The notes beneath the pieces were generated by a model, which ran no database searches, was not told the DNA's origin, and worked only from the letters and a program-made list of their open reading frames with translations. The translations under genes and the position numbers were made by a program. 64,000 bases of DNA from contig BAAIJX010000077.1 of the NCBI GenBank assembly GCA_054600435.1, forward strand, positions 1-64,000. The letters run 5' to 3'. Positions 38,231-50,700 of the stretch are shown here, piece after piece. Numbering within the stretch: position 1 is the stretch's first letter; each line of letters begins with the position of its first letter. This DNA comes from Neophaeotheca triangularis (Eukaryota).

Positions 38231-41200
38231 CACTAAGTATTCAACTAGATGCCAGCTCCGATCCAACTGGTAGAAAAACAGCTATGGGGGCTTATCAGGC
38301 GTCGTGATGCGCCACAAAACGTATGATTGCAAGCTCAACAGTAGGCTAGGAATTTCTGAGTAATAAAAGAGCGGGCGTCGTGTTTTTTCCCACTGGACTG
38401 AGAAGGGCCAGACTACAACGGCTACAATGGCATGGTTATAATGAGGTTGTCTCATGGATCCTCGCCCATCAACGTCCAAGATGCGCGTGTCGTCCTGTTG
38501 CCCGGTGCCAGAGCGACGGGTACCCTACGGCCTTCGCCGCTTATTTGCCACCGCCTGCGGGCCGGGGAACATGGCATTGCCGTGGTTAAGAAGCTCGTAG
38601 TATGTCCCATTGGTTCATTGCAGGGGACTATCAACCTGATGCGCAGTCTTCGGAAGACCATTGCGGTAAGATCAGCCCAAGGGCCTGACTAAAGAAAGGC
38701 CAAAATTGCCATGCATCTCCTGCAGGCTGCCAGGAGGGCCGTAGGTGTTGGTCGTGCACGTCGTGGTCTCGCCAGGTCGGCAAGAGTAACGCCCCAGAGA
38801 AGCACGCAGTCGAGGTTTCACGCCCACAAGAAAGTCCTTAGGGACGAATGGCGTGAAGTCGGCTCGGCAGGGCAACGGCAGCCAACTCACGACTAGTAGT
38901 GCCGTGTTTCAGAAACCCACAATGGTGGTCTGCAGACGACCACCGGACGCATGGAAGCTATGGAGAGCCAAAGACTCTTCTCAGATGTCGTCGAGGCAAG
39001 CGATTGAGGCTGTGCACCCGGTCCTTTGCGAGGGGCGAAAATAGAACAACACTTCACATTATAGAATCGATGGACGAGTGAAACTTCCAGAAAGAACGAT
39101 GCGGTTGCGTGCGATGCGCCGGGAGATAGACATGCTGTGGCGTAGCCGTCACTGAAGACAGCTCGAAAACAGCTTCCTTGCGATGTCCGTGGCCAGGAGA
39201 ATCCTAGGGTCACTGTTTTGTGGCTCTCGGTTCTTTCTCTCGTGGCGAAGTGAACGGTGGCTACTGGCTAAGTTCCTGGAGCAAGCGCGAAAACAGGTTA
39301 TGGTCTCTTATAGGCAGGGATCATATGCAGGGTGCTGGCATACTATGGCACGGGTGACAGATTAAGGGTCCAGTCGAACCCGGCAAGGCGTACTACTGTA
39401 GAGCGAAAGCAATCGTCTCTCCCAAACGTGGAAAAGGTTTGCATCCCACCTACACAGCCACAAGTCATCAATTGCCGCTTGCTTGATGAGTCCGAATCGA
39501 GTTTCAACAACGATGCGTTGTCCGGTCGTCGTTCCGGGAGAAATCGACTATCAACCTAGGCATGTCGTCGAAAAGGCTTCGGCAAGCTGAGAGCGTCCGA
39601 ACACGTGGTCGGCAACCGCCCCACTTTCGCTTTGTCCCCTTTTTCCTCAAGTGAGGCCAACTCCTTCACCCATCCTACATTTGTTGTACGTGAGCATTGT
39701 GGTGGTTGGTCTCCCCTACGAAGATTACATCTAAACGCTCGACTTTGTTCCTTTGGCGACGAAAGTGGCTTTACTCCCTACCCGTCTGGCTTTGCGAAAG
39801 CTGGCAGTGAAAGACTCGAGGGAACTTCCTCTTCTCACGCATAGCCGTGACTCTAACACATGCAGAATCGCAGACCATGTGAGTATTATGGCTCGAAGAC
39901 ATCTATCAGCGCATTTGCAGGCTGTTCGGGTCTGTAACGATGAGAGTCAGCTCGCTTCCATCGACCGCCCACTCTCGAAGAACTCGACGCGTTGCAGCCA
40001 GATGAGTGACAATACTTAAGCAAGACGAGCAGAGCGCGAATCAGACTCTATTGACCGTATCTGCGACTGTCTGCCGTAGTATTTACACCAACGTAGATGA
40101 CTTCAGCCTTGTTGCTGCTTTTGCCCTGGCCCGCCTTTTGCTAAAACTCACACAGGGCCGCGCGAGTCTATGATACACAGAGTTGTCAAGCTCTTATACT
40201 TGACCTGATGGCTGTGCTACACCAGCAGATTTCCACGTGCTGAAGGTCGTTCAGTTCAAATGGCCCTTGATTGGTGTGACTGACTTGGTGAATCTTGGGT
40301 ACCGAGCACAGTCCACAACGTTCTACCGCGATCATTGAGAGGTCTCTTTTCGCACAACGCCTTGTCTTTCAAAAGGTCTCCGCTACAGCCTACGTTTCGT
40401 GCGATATCCGTTCACTGGAAGTCGCCCCTACTACTGTCTAGAATAATAATCATCCAGTTCAACTCGTTTTTGAAGGTCAACGACTCAACATAACTTACTT
40501 TACTCGCGTGGTTCTCGTCCCATCCGTTCCGTTCAGCGACCGTCAGCCCGCATGCATGGTCCGCCCACCATGCCGCTGGAAGCGACAAATCACGTAGCCG
40601 TTCATGCGAGTTCGCCCGTGGAAGAAGTGTAGCGCTTGGCTCAGCTGAGAACGCCCTGCCTTGCCCTACTACTAGCGGTTGACGGAATCGATTCATCTTT
40701 TTTTGGATGAGTATCGAGGTCCTCACAGAAGATACTGGCCTTTCAACTATGGGAGGTGATTAGAAAGGCTTCGAGTTGCCAGCTAGCCAGACTGAAAAGT
40801 TGCCGTAGAAAACAGATGCGCAAGATCGAGACCCCAGATCTTCGTTTGGACGAGGTAATAATAAGTAAACGAAAGTGGCTTTTTTTTTGCTCCCTACCCC
40901 GCATCTCCATGACCTTGACCCCTCTTCCTCCCAGCGCCGCTCGAGCTTGTTTCCCCCCGAGCCCCCCTCCCTCGCCACTCGCATCGTTTCCTCGTTAGTC
41001 TGTTTTGGTTGTTCACGTGATTGTTATCGACGCGGTGCCGCACACAGCCAGCGGCCGCCCAATAGCGCTGCCGCAGCCGGTCGACTAGCAGCACTCGGCA
41101 GCATCCTTTTCGTCCGCCGCCCCCCCTCTCGGTTTGCGCGCTCGTCCCCTCCTCCCTCACTCCAATCTATTTATCGAGCTGCTTGCGTGTGATGTGCAGT

Positions 41201-41776
41201 GCGGTAACTTAGGCAGCGTCTGCCTTTGCAATCGCTCGAGCGCGCCCTTAGGTTCGATTCATTCGCCCCGTGAGCACCTGCTGCCACCTCCCCGTTATTT
41301 CGACTCTCGCAGCTGTCATTGCAGCTGTTGCACCTGCTACACACCCGCAGCCCTTGCCCTGTTACTTACTTACTACTCATTAAGGCTCTCGGTCCTCCAG
41401 AGCAACATCACCCACCATCACCACCCTCCGCCGGCGTGCCCTCCTGTACATCACCTCACGTAGCGGCTTCAGCAAGCTTGACAGGCAGCGTCGCGTCTTT
41501 CTCTTCCTCTCGCCGCCACGGTACGGCCACGCGACACAGCGGAAGACACCCCGGTACCTCCGCATCTGTACCTTACCTTCCAACTCCACCATCTCCCGCG
41601 GCCGATAGTTACCGTGCACGGTATGGTCATGTACCTCGCGATCCTCATCCACCAGCGATACTACTGAAGACCGCACGCTGTCCGCTCGAATACAAGCCAT
41701 GCATACGACATCGACCGAGTCAGTGTATCAACGAATCGTCGAATGGTAGCGCAGCTACCTCTTGATATCAGCCGTC

Positions 41777-42984
41777 ATGTCGTACGTTCAGTCTAGATTT
41801 GCCCTCACCTCACTTAAGCTTTGAGACTCTGCAACACAAGTCGCTGCAGTACCTGTCGAGCTTATCTTTTAGCTTGCAAACAACGACTACATACATACTT
41901 ACACCGATACCAGATATCCAAGAAACCCCTCACCAAACCCGAAACGCAACCTGAAGCCTGTCTCGACCGGCGGAGGCGCCTACTCAGCCTCGCCGTCGCA
42001 ACTCACACTGTCCTCCGACATACCCTCCGCTGGTCTACCCAATCCGTATGCTCAATCTTACAATGCATACGCACCTCACAACCCATCGGGCTTCGCCTTC
42101 CAACAGCCAACCCATTATGGGCACCCGCCGCCTCCCCTACACCAACCACAGCACCACCAAACGACGCAGCAGCATTACACCCATCAACCACAACAACAAC
42201 AACACCCGCACCAACACCAGCAACCTCAACAGACCCCTAACCTAAACAGCCGCAAGCGACGCGCTTCTGAACTAGGCGAACCTGGCTCCGCCAGCAGCAA
42301 CGCCAGCGCTTTCGGACAACCCCCAGCCAGTCTTATGAGCGCCGCGACAGCTCCCGGGGATCTCGATGTCAGTTCTCTGAGCGGGCCTTCGCAACCTCAA
42401 AATCCCAGCCCAGTCGCCAAAAAGGGCCGTACCAATACGCCTTGGACTCCCGCCGAAGAGCAGCGCTTGAAGACGTTGCGCGATGCCGGCAGCAGTTGGA
42501 GCGAGATTGCAAAAACTTTCCCCACAAGGACCGAAGGAAGCGTGAAGAAGCATTGGTACAAGGTGCGTTCACTCACACCCCTTCTCCGCCCTCCTTGCAA
42601 TCCTTCTAGCTGGCAGCAGTCGCATGCGAGCTCTGCTTCTTCTACCTACCGAAACTCCTCGCTAATCAGCCCTCTTGACAGGACATGCACTACGCCGAGT
42701 TCGCGGAAGACGAGGTCAGCAATTTCGTTCGCCTCACCGCGTGAGCATCCCGCAGTGTTGAGCATCCCGCAAGCTGACTTGAGACTTTACAGAGCGCGGC
42801 GCTACTGCAAGCGATTAAAGACTACGAAAACAACAAGTGGAAAGTCATCGGGACCAAAGTCGGCAAGCCGGCCAAGGTACGTTGCGTCTGTGGAGTGTTG
42901 CGTACGGCTATTGGCACGGAATGCTGACAACGGCTTTGATAGGCTTGCGAACAGTTTGCCAAAGAGCAAGGATGGAAGGTTTAG
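41777..42984 (+). CDS. Two-repeat Myb-like transcription factor with Gln/His/Pro-rich N-terminus (5 exons)
   Basis: ATG 41777; introns 41782-41913, 42563-42681, 42715-42792 and 42877-42942. Spliced protein reads PWTPAEEQRLKTLRDAGSSWSEIAKTFPTRTEGSVKKHWYK-DMHYAEFAEDE-SAALLQAIKDYENNKWKVIGTKVGKPAK-ACEQFAKE. Confidence 0.88.
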
Positions 42985-43577
42985 CTCTGCTTTCACTCCC
43001 GGCCAAGACCCTCGATGGTCCGACAGACCTATCTCACTGTGAACGATAGTGGGCGTGGCGTATGACCGCGATGGCCCAGAGCATAAATCTCGGGGTTTTC
43101 TTTCGAAAAAGGCAGGGCGAACAGGTGGGCAATGCAATCGGACTTGCAACAAAAGATACCCACTCGTTGACGCCGAAATGCTGCCTTCCCTTGTAATGGG
43201 CGATGCTTGTCGCTGTTGCTTCCTGGAGGGACCAAAGGAATTATAGGGCTTATCGACGAGGGCTCCAAACGATGGAACAAGGCGTTGCTCGGTATATTTA
43301 GGCATTATGGTTTTGGGTTTTCTTTCTTTCTCATTCTCTTCTCCATCTGCTCGGAAGCTTGAGGGGATTAACAGCACAAATACCGCTGCAGAGCGACTGT
43401 GAATACGCGGACGCACGGAATATGTTTTATGAAAAACAAGACAGAGTATCTCGTTATATGTAACTCGCCATTAAATTTCCAAGCACAACCTGAACCCCAA
43501 GCACAAGCACAAGCCCACCTTCATATTCTGTCCTCCACTCACCCCAACACCGCCACCATCTTCACCTGCCCCACTCT

Positions 43578-43883
43578 TCATCCCGTCCTCCTAACCCTCA
43601 CAGGCCCCCGCACATCCCCAACCCTGACTCCCTCCCCTAGAACCTCCCCCTTTTGCAAAATCTCCAACTCCCCCTTGTCACGCAATTCCCAAACTAGCCC
43701 CCGAATCGCCGGCATCGTGTCTCGCCACTCCTGGACTCCCAGTTGTGAGAGTTGGGCGGTAGAGAGCTGGCGAGCGATTTCAGAGGGGCAGAAGGTTTTC
43801 GGGGGCTGGCGGGTGGAGAGGAGGTGGGTTAAGGGGGGGAGGAGGATGTTTGAAGCAGAGGGTGGGGGAGGGGAAGGGGGCAT
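43578..43883 (-). CDS. DUF3253-family small winged-helix-like protein
   Basis: KTFCPSEIAR..WRDTMPAIR..GELEILQKG..VRGPVRVR matches the DUF3253 pattern as I recall it. Confidence 0.75.
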   Translation of the reverse strand: MPPSPPPPSASNILLPPLTHLLSTRQPPKTFCPSEIARQLSTAQLSQLGVQEWRDTMPAIRGLVWELRDKGELEILQKGEVLGEGVRVGDVRGPVRVRRTG

Positions 43884-45062
43884 GTTTCTTCAACGTGAGG
43901 GGGGGATTGTGGAGGATGATGATGGGTTTCGCCTTTTTCTTGCGGGGTCTTGTGGCGGGAGTCTTGGTTGGTGCTTGTGCTGTGTTGGTTTTGGTGGACA
44001 CTGTCACTGGCGATGTGTTTGCGGGTGGTGGGTGGACGGATGCGGAGGCATGGCTGTTGGGTGTCTGTTGGAGAGCTAGGTAGTTAAGGTAGGTAGGTAG
44101 ATAGGTAAGGTACCTACCTAGGTATCGGGTCGTGGTGTTTGCTTGGTCAGCTCGACGTGCATTCCTGGGGAGCCTTCGGACTCTGTTTCAAGTCTAGCGG
44201 CGGACATTCTGAAACGCTGGGCAAGCGCCTTGCAGGAAGAGAACCACAGTCTGGAAGCAGGAAGCAGGACTGAGGAAGGGCTTTGGAGCGGCCCCCTCTG
44301 TGCTGGCGTTATCTTGACAGATAGGATGGATCTCGTTGTGATGGTTATTTGACAATTCTTCTTCTTCCCTTCCGTTCACGCTGATCTATTGTGGCGGGGA
44401 TCCAAAAGCTCTTGACTACTAGCACGTGGCTGGCGGAAAGTTCAGTTGAGTAACTAAGGTAGGTAACTTGAGTGTGTGTGTGACCTTTGAGATATATATA
44501 GTCAGTTACCTTGCCCAAGCTAGCTAGCAGTTGAGCGTCGGCGGCAGACTGCATGCGCCGATTCTCTGTAGCTGCATCCACCTCCTCCAGCATCGGCGGC
44601 GGCGGCGTCGACAGCGAGCAAAACCACCGCAGTCCCGATACACTAACAACAGTAAGCAATTACCGCCCGCAGCCCTCTCTACCACTGTTTAGTGTTTCGC
44701 GCTCTAAGGCCTCTCCAACCTCCTCCTCATCCTTCTCCTTCTCCCGTGAGAGTACAACCATCCACTACTTCGGACTCGACCAGTTTTCTCACTTTCGCGC
44801 ACAATCGAGTCTCTGACTCTCGGTCGTACTCGTCGAATCGGCGCAGTAGAAGCTTCCGCACTTTTGCGCTGGCCGTTTGAGCACATCTGGATGGACAGAC
44901 GGTGAGGAGTTGTGGCTGAGGTGAGAAGAAGGGAACTCTGGCACCGACTCCCGATCTGTTTGGATCAAAAGATACACCCAGTACATACGCGCTTGTCCGG
45001 ATAGAAGACGAACCAGATCTAGGGCTATACTGTCTTGAACGTGGTAGAGGCAGACGGTCGTC

Positions 45063-46460
45063 ATGGCTGAAGTGCTATCTCCGCCCTCTTCCACGTCAAC
45101 AGCGACGTCGCGACAAGATGAATGCAGTGGGACGCAAGAACAGCAGCAGCAGCATCAACGTCAGCAGCCCTTGACTGAACGACACCCACAGGAGCAGTCC
45201 GCCGAAACCGAGGCTTCAGCACCACCAAACACACAAGCATTACCGCAGCCCATCCCTCGCGCAACCCAAACACTCGAGCGCATACCCTCGTTCGCGCAAA
45301 ATCGCATGTCAAGCTACTCCACACACTCACAGTCGTCGCGCTCGCGGACACCCTCGGTCTTTCCGACCTTCAAATCGCACCTCAACTATGCTCAAGTTCG
45401 AGACTTCGCCTATCCGCCTTTTCATCCAAACCACCATGGTCCCCCGCCCGAGCCACCCAGCGGCAGCACAACTCCCGGCTCAGAATGGAACACTAGCGGG
45501 CGCCGCCTCAGCGATCCTATGGAAAGCGGGTTAGGGTCCTCACGAGGAGGGGGCTGGTCAGCAGGGGTATGGGGCGGAGATGGCGGAATTTACGGCGAAC
45601 AACAACACCACTTCAGCAGCCAAGAGGGCGTAGAACCGTTACCGAGCACCAGCTTCGGCTCCGTCAACGACGACGAAGACGACCTCTCCGCCAGCGGCGC
45701 TTCCAGAAGCCAACACCGCAAGTCCAAATCCTACACGCACCTCGAAGACTTCCACCGCGGCCGACGACGCAGCAGCCAGAACCAGCGCCGCAGTAGCCGC
45801 GAACAGGACATTTTCCACTTCCACGGCAGCGCGAGCGGCCAGTACCGCCGCGACAGCCATACTCACGCCCATTCCCTCCCCTCGCGCTCCTTCCACCACT
45901 CCCAGCCCCAGACTCTCCAGCCCGAACCTCACTCCGACCTGCCCCTGGACTCCGAACCCCTGCCCTCGCCGCCGAGCACCGGTCACTTCCGCTCCTCAAT
46001 GTCGCCCAGTGATGAAGAGCTCTTCGCCGGCCCCTCGCTTGCGCTTTACAGTTTTGAACCCGAGAACGCGAATGAGTTGAAATTGACAGAGGGACAGACC
46101 ATTTTGGTCTCTTATCGGCATGGCCAGGGGTGGCTGGTCGCGGAGGACCCGGTCTCCGGGGAGCAGGGCTTGGTTCCCGAGGAGTATGTGAGGTTGCTAA
46201 GGGAGATTGAGGGGTGGGATGAGGAGGAGGGGATGGAAGGGGAAATTGACATGGGGGAGGGAGAGGGGTTTGAGGAGGAAGGGGCGAGTGAGGTTGGGTT
46301 CGCTGGAGAGGAGGGCAAGGGTAGAGTTGTCTCACAGGGTGTCAGGGAGGAAGAGGATCGGCTGGGGAACAGCGCAGGTTTCCAGAGCAGTGGGCATGAT
46401 GGCCATGGTCGAGAGATGACAGAGAGCGATGCGCCTGCTGATGACTCGCCACGGCGGTAG
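45063..46460 (+). CDS. NBP2: SH3-domain adaptor, Nbp2-like (HOG pathway)
   Basis: VRDFAYP motif plus SH3 domain ALYSFEPENANELKLTEGQ..SYRHGQGWLVA..GEQGLVPEEYV. Confidence 0.78.
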   Translation: MAEVLSPPSSTSTATSRQDECSGTQEQQQQHQRQQPLTERHPQEQSAETEASAPPNTQALPQPIPRATQTLERIPSFAQNRMSSYSTHSQSSRSRTPSVFPTFKSHLNYAQVRDFAYPPFHPNHHGPPPEPPSGSTTPGSEWNTSGRRLSDPMESGLGSSRGGGWSAGVWGGDGGIYGEQQHHFSSQEGVEPLPSTSFGSVNDDEDDLSASGASRSQHRKSKSYTHLEDFHRGRRRSSQNQRRSSREQDIFHFHGSASGQYRRDSHTHAHSLPSRSFHHSQPQTLQPEPHSDLPLDSEPLPSPPSTGHFRSSMSPSDEELFAGPSLALYSFEPENANELKLTEGQTILVSYRHGQGWLVAEDPVSGEQGLVPEEYVRLLREIEGWDEEEGMEGEIDMGEGEGFEEEGASEVGFAGEEGKGRVVSQGVREEEDRLGNSAGFQSSGHDGHGREMTESDAPADDSPRR

Positions 46461-47797
46461 TCTCGCTGTCCATCCGCTTCCCTACTTCAGACCCCCAGGG
46501 GCAAAGCAAAAGTGGCCTAATTGGAGGCTCACAAGAAGAATATCCGACTGAGAACGCTTGCTGCACCGATTGACCAAACCACGTGCAAGCGGTCATTCGC
46601 ATCAGCTTAGACAGTGCTTCTACCGCCACTGACCCGGGCTATCTTAGCTAAGCACTCTAGAATAAGACGATGAAACGCCATGTCTAATGAACTTGCTGAC
46701 AACACCATCCACATATCTAACTCGCCACGACGCCGCATCTTCTCTTTGACGGCTCTTGTCGCCTCGTTGCCCGAACTGTCTTATTATCAGCCCGTCTTTT
46801 TCACTTTACAACGACCATACTTGTAGGGTGTTCTAGACAGCCAGCCGGCCACCGGGCCGCGGACCGTATTCGCGCGCTTCAACGGAAGCGGGATGCACAC
46901 AGCCACAGTAATAATCTGTTCTGGTATGGGGGTGGTGCGGTTGCTGTCTGGGATCAGCTCCGCGCATCACTGCTTCTAGGTAGATGATGAGAGTTGCCCG
47001 GTGTTATGACAAGGAAAGTTTGGATAGAGCTGCGTAGAATTTTATTTTATTTTCTTTGTTGCTATTTTTTCTTGGGGTATCGTCGGTGGTGCGGGTTGCG
47101 GAGTTGATCGGCTGGCGGCCGCCGAGGCGTGAGGATTCGAGGTCTCCTCTCCACTCTGATGTTCCGGTGCCGCTGTGTCGGTAGGGCTGCTATAACTAGC
47201 TCAAGAGTCAAGACAGAGAAGATCACTAGCAGATGGTGTTTGTTGTCTTTTGCTCCGGTTATCGTTGAGAGAATGTGTTCCTCGAGTGCTGATGCTGTGT
47301 GTCTTGGTTTAGATGATTGATTACTGTTACACGACGTTTCAATTGCTGTAAATAAAAAGAAGCAATCGTCATACAGCAGCGACAACTCGTATTCCCATCA
47401 AACCCTGATCTCCCGACACACAGGACAAACCGAAGCCTAAGCAGCGACTAGCGTGTGGAGTGTTTCTACTCTTGGGTTTCGACCTTTGCAACATTTCGTT
47501 ATCATCATCATTCACCTTGTTCCTCCTACAACCCTCTACGCACCTACGCCATCTCTTATACTTTCGTTTCTTTTTCCTACTCCTTTGATCCTGCCTGAGG
47601 CGTGTTCCGTATTCCACTATAGTGGGTCTGGTAATGGTACGTTATTGTGTGATAGATCCCACGAGATGGCGATTACAGCGGAAACATTCACTCGGCCTGT
47701 CACAATTTACCACGCATGACTGTGACATGACAATACCTGACCGCGGCCTATACTCTCCAGATACTCATCTAACGCCCTCGTAAATGGGACAACCCCA

Positions 47798-50700
47798 ATG
47801 GCATACCCTCCACGCCGCCCCGCCGCCTCTCTTTGGCAGGCCATCCTCCTTTCCACGATCCTCCTCGCCCTCCTCCCCCGAATCGCATTCGGCGCATACC
47901 TGAACTTCGAAAATTGCCTTAGCGATTCAGTCCTCAACTCCGACCCATTGCGCCTGCAATTTGTGCCCCTTTACTTCCGCGCCTACTTCGATCTCGACAA
48001 TCCTTCCCACAACCTCAACATCACCGTCTTCGGCAACGTCTCAGGTCAAAGTGTCCAGGGCGATTACCCGCCCCCCGATGACCCATCATGGGACGACGAC
48101 GGTAGCCGCTTTGGCAAAATCAACGATGTCGGCTCTACAGAGCAAAAAAGGAGCACCTTGCTGTGGACCAGTGACCTCCTAACCTATACCGCATACGACG
48201 CGCCTCCTCAGCGGTTCTGCAACACGTTACTAAACGGTACGGAGGATTCGGATGGCTGGGAATGCCCGCTGGGACCGGTCTTCTTTGCCAACGAGAGCGA
48301 TCCCCTTAGTCTGCCGGCTTTCACCGTTGAGCATGATTTCAACAGCGAGTACAGTTTTGGGACGCTGGAAACGAGGATACGCGTCTTGGCGGGCGATGTC
48401 GCGGCTACGGAGCTTGCGTGCGTGACTGCGAACATCACACCGGATTTGGGGTCGCAGATCAAAGGGCTGATTACCTGGCTGCCGGCTGTTATCTTGATTG
48501 TCAAGGGCGTGGCGACGCTTACGGCTGCTATTTGGAGTCCTTGGGGCAGCATGGATATCTTTCGCTGGAGCAGTAATTATGGAAGAGATGAAGATTTGTT
48601 GCGGCTTGTTACACCGGGGTTCGGGGATTGTTTGCAGTATATTCAGTTTGTGACGCTGACCGGGGCGCTGACGCTGCAGTATCCGGGTTTCTTCCAGCCG
48701 GCCGTCTCGCAGACTGCTTGGAGCTTGTTGCTTTTTAACGAGAGTTTCGTTAGCCATGAGGATGGATACCAGAGCTTGGTGGACGGCGTGTACACCACTG
48801 ACGGGACCTACGGTCTGACGAAGATGAGTCAATTGATTGGCATGAGCCACGTACGGGACATGTGGGCGTGCATGGCAGTGTGGCTTCTTGTCATAGCCGT
48901 CATAGTGGTCGTACTTTGCCAGCTTGGATTCCTAGGCCGCTGGATCTACCGCAAAATCACGGACACAAGCGAAGAGGATCTCCAGAGCAAAAACCTGCCT
49001 TTTACGGCCGGCAACATGATCCGCCTGCTCTTCAACTTCTTCATCCTGCCGATCGTGGCCATCAGCTTGTTTCAGCTCGTCGTTGCTCCTCGAAGTCCAA
49101 CCAGCGTGGTTGTAATGGCCGTCATCTTGCTTCTGGTCATGATCGTCTCCGCAGGCTGGATCCTGAACGTCATTTTCCGCACGAAACCACGCACCATCCT
49201 CTTCGATGATATGCCTACAGTCTTGCTCTATGGACCTCTCTACAACACTTACAGCGACAGCGCAGCGCCCTTTGCGCTCATTCCCGCTTTCATCACATTC
49301 ATGCGCGGAGTTGCCATCGGCGCTGTGCAGCCTTCTGGAATTGCGCAGATCATCGTCTTGGCCATTTGCGAGGTGATTCTCGTACTCACTCTGAACGCCT
49401 TTAGGCCTTTCCAGGGCCAAACTAGCATGAATGCCTATCACACTTTTTTCGCTTGCGTACGCCTGGTCACTATCCTGCTCAGCATAGCCTTTGTCCCGAA
49501 CCTGGATGTTGACGAAGCAAGCAAAGGCTGGATAGGCTATACTATCCTCTTGCTTCATGCCTGCGTACTGGTTTTCGGTTTCTTCCTCGCCGCTGCGCAG
49601 TCCATCGTCGAAGTCATCTTGCGCTCTTGCGGCGTGGCTGGTGATCCCCAGCAGGGCGCCATAAGGGGTAGCATCCTAAACATGCGAATGCTCAAGAAGC
49701 GAAAAGATAGGCCCAATACCCACGACCGCGGATCCATGACTAGTAATGCTGCGATCCTTCAGGATACACATGCTAACCACTACGGTGGTGGCAGGAGTAG
49801 GAGCATGTCGGCTAGTAGTCAGCAGTTGCTCAACCAAGCCGGCGGGAATGCGGCTTCCGTCTCGAACCGTATGAGCGGCGCGGATCACTTTGGCGAAAGT
49901 GAGCGCATGGGTTCGCCGGACCAAGAAGGGTTTCCGGCGTTTGCTGCCGGTGCGACTGGGAGATCTGGGGGAGGTGGGAAAGGTGATACTGCGGTGACTA
50001 CTGAGACTTTCTACCGTGCGCCGCGGCAACGAAGACCTACTGGCGACCTCTTTCCACCTGGTGCGAAGAGTAGAGAGAGCGGCGCCCCACCCGATAACGC
50101 TTATGAAGACACGACGCCCTACGGTGGCCCTGACAGGGGCAGTGGCAGTGACAATCCGTCCCCAGCGCCGGTCTATTTCCGCGATCGTGGCTTCAGCGAT
50201 GCCGATGAGGATATGGGCCCTCGACCTGACTACGCTGTACGAGAAGTAGACCAATACTACCGAGGCGGCGCTCTCAACAACATGCCAACGCGCAAACTCA
50301 AGACAGGACCGGCAGACCCCGAAGGCCCGGCTGCAAACGCACAGAGTTGGTTCCAGCGCATTCGCTTCGGTAAGAAGCAAAAAGCCAAGAGCGGAGGTGG
50401 TTTCGAAGTCGTTCGAAGCAGCCGCATGCCTCCGGGCGCGGGTATTCCACACAACAATCAAGGCCACGAAGACCAAGAAGGGCACGAGCTGCAAACAAGC
50501 CCTCGCATGAACGACGGGCGGTACGCCGACTCACCGCAAAACGAACGTCAAGCTCACCTCGGCGCCCAAGAAGACTACCAAGACAGTAACTCGGATGACT
50601 TCACTGACCGCGGCTTCTCTTTCGGCTTCACCGACGGCGGACTCCAGGACGGCGGAACCTCCGGCTACCCTCACCAAAGAGGCAAATCCGCCGATATCTC

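Noticed and set aside
41782..41913. Stwintron (nested intron) in the first intron of the Myb gene
   Set aside because: Removing an internal GTACGT..CTGCAG does not create a valid external donor; a single intron restores the frame.
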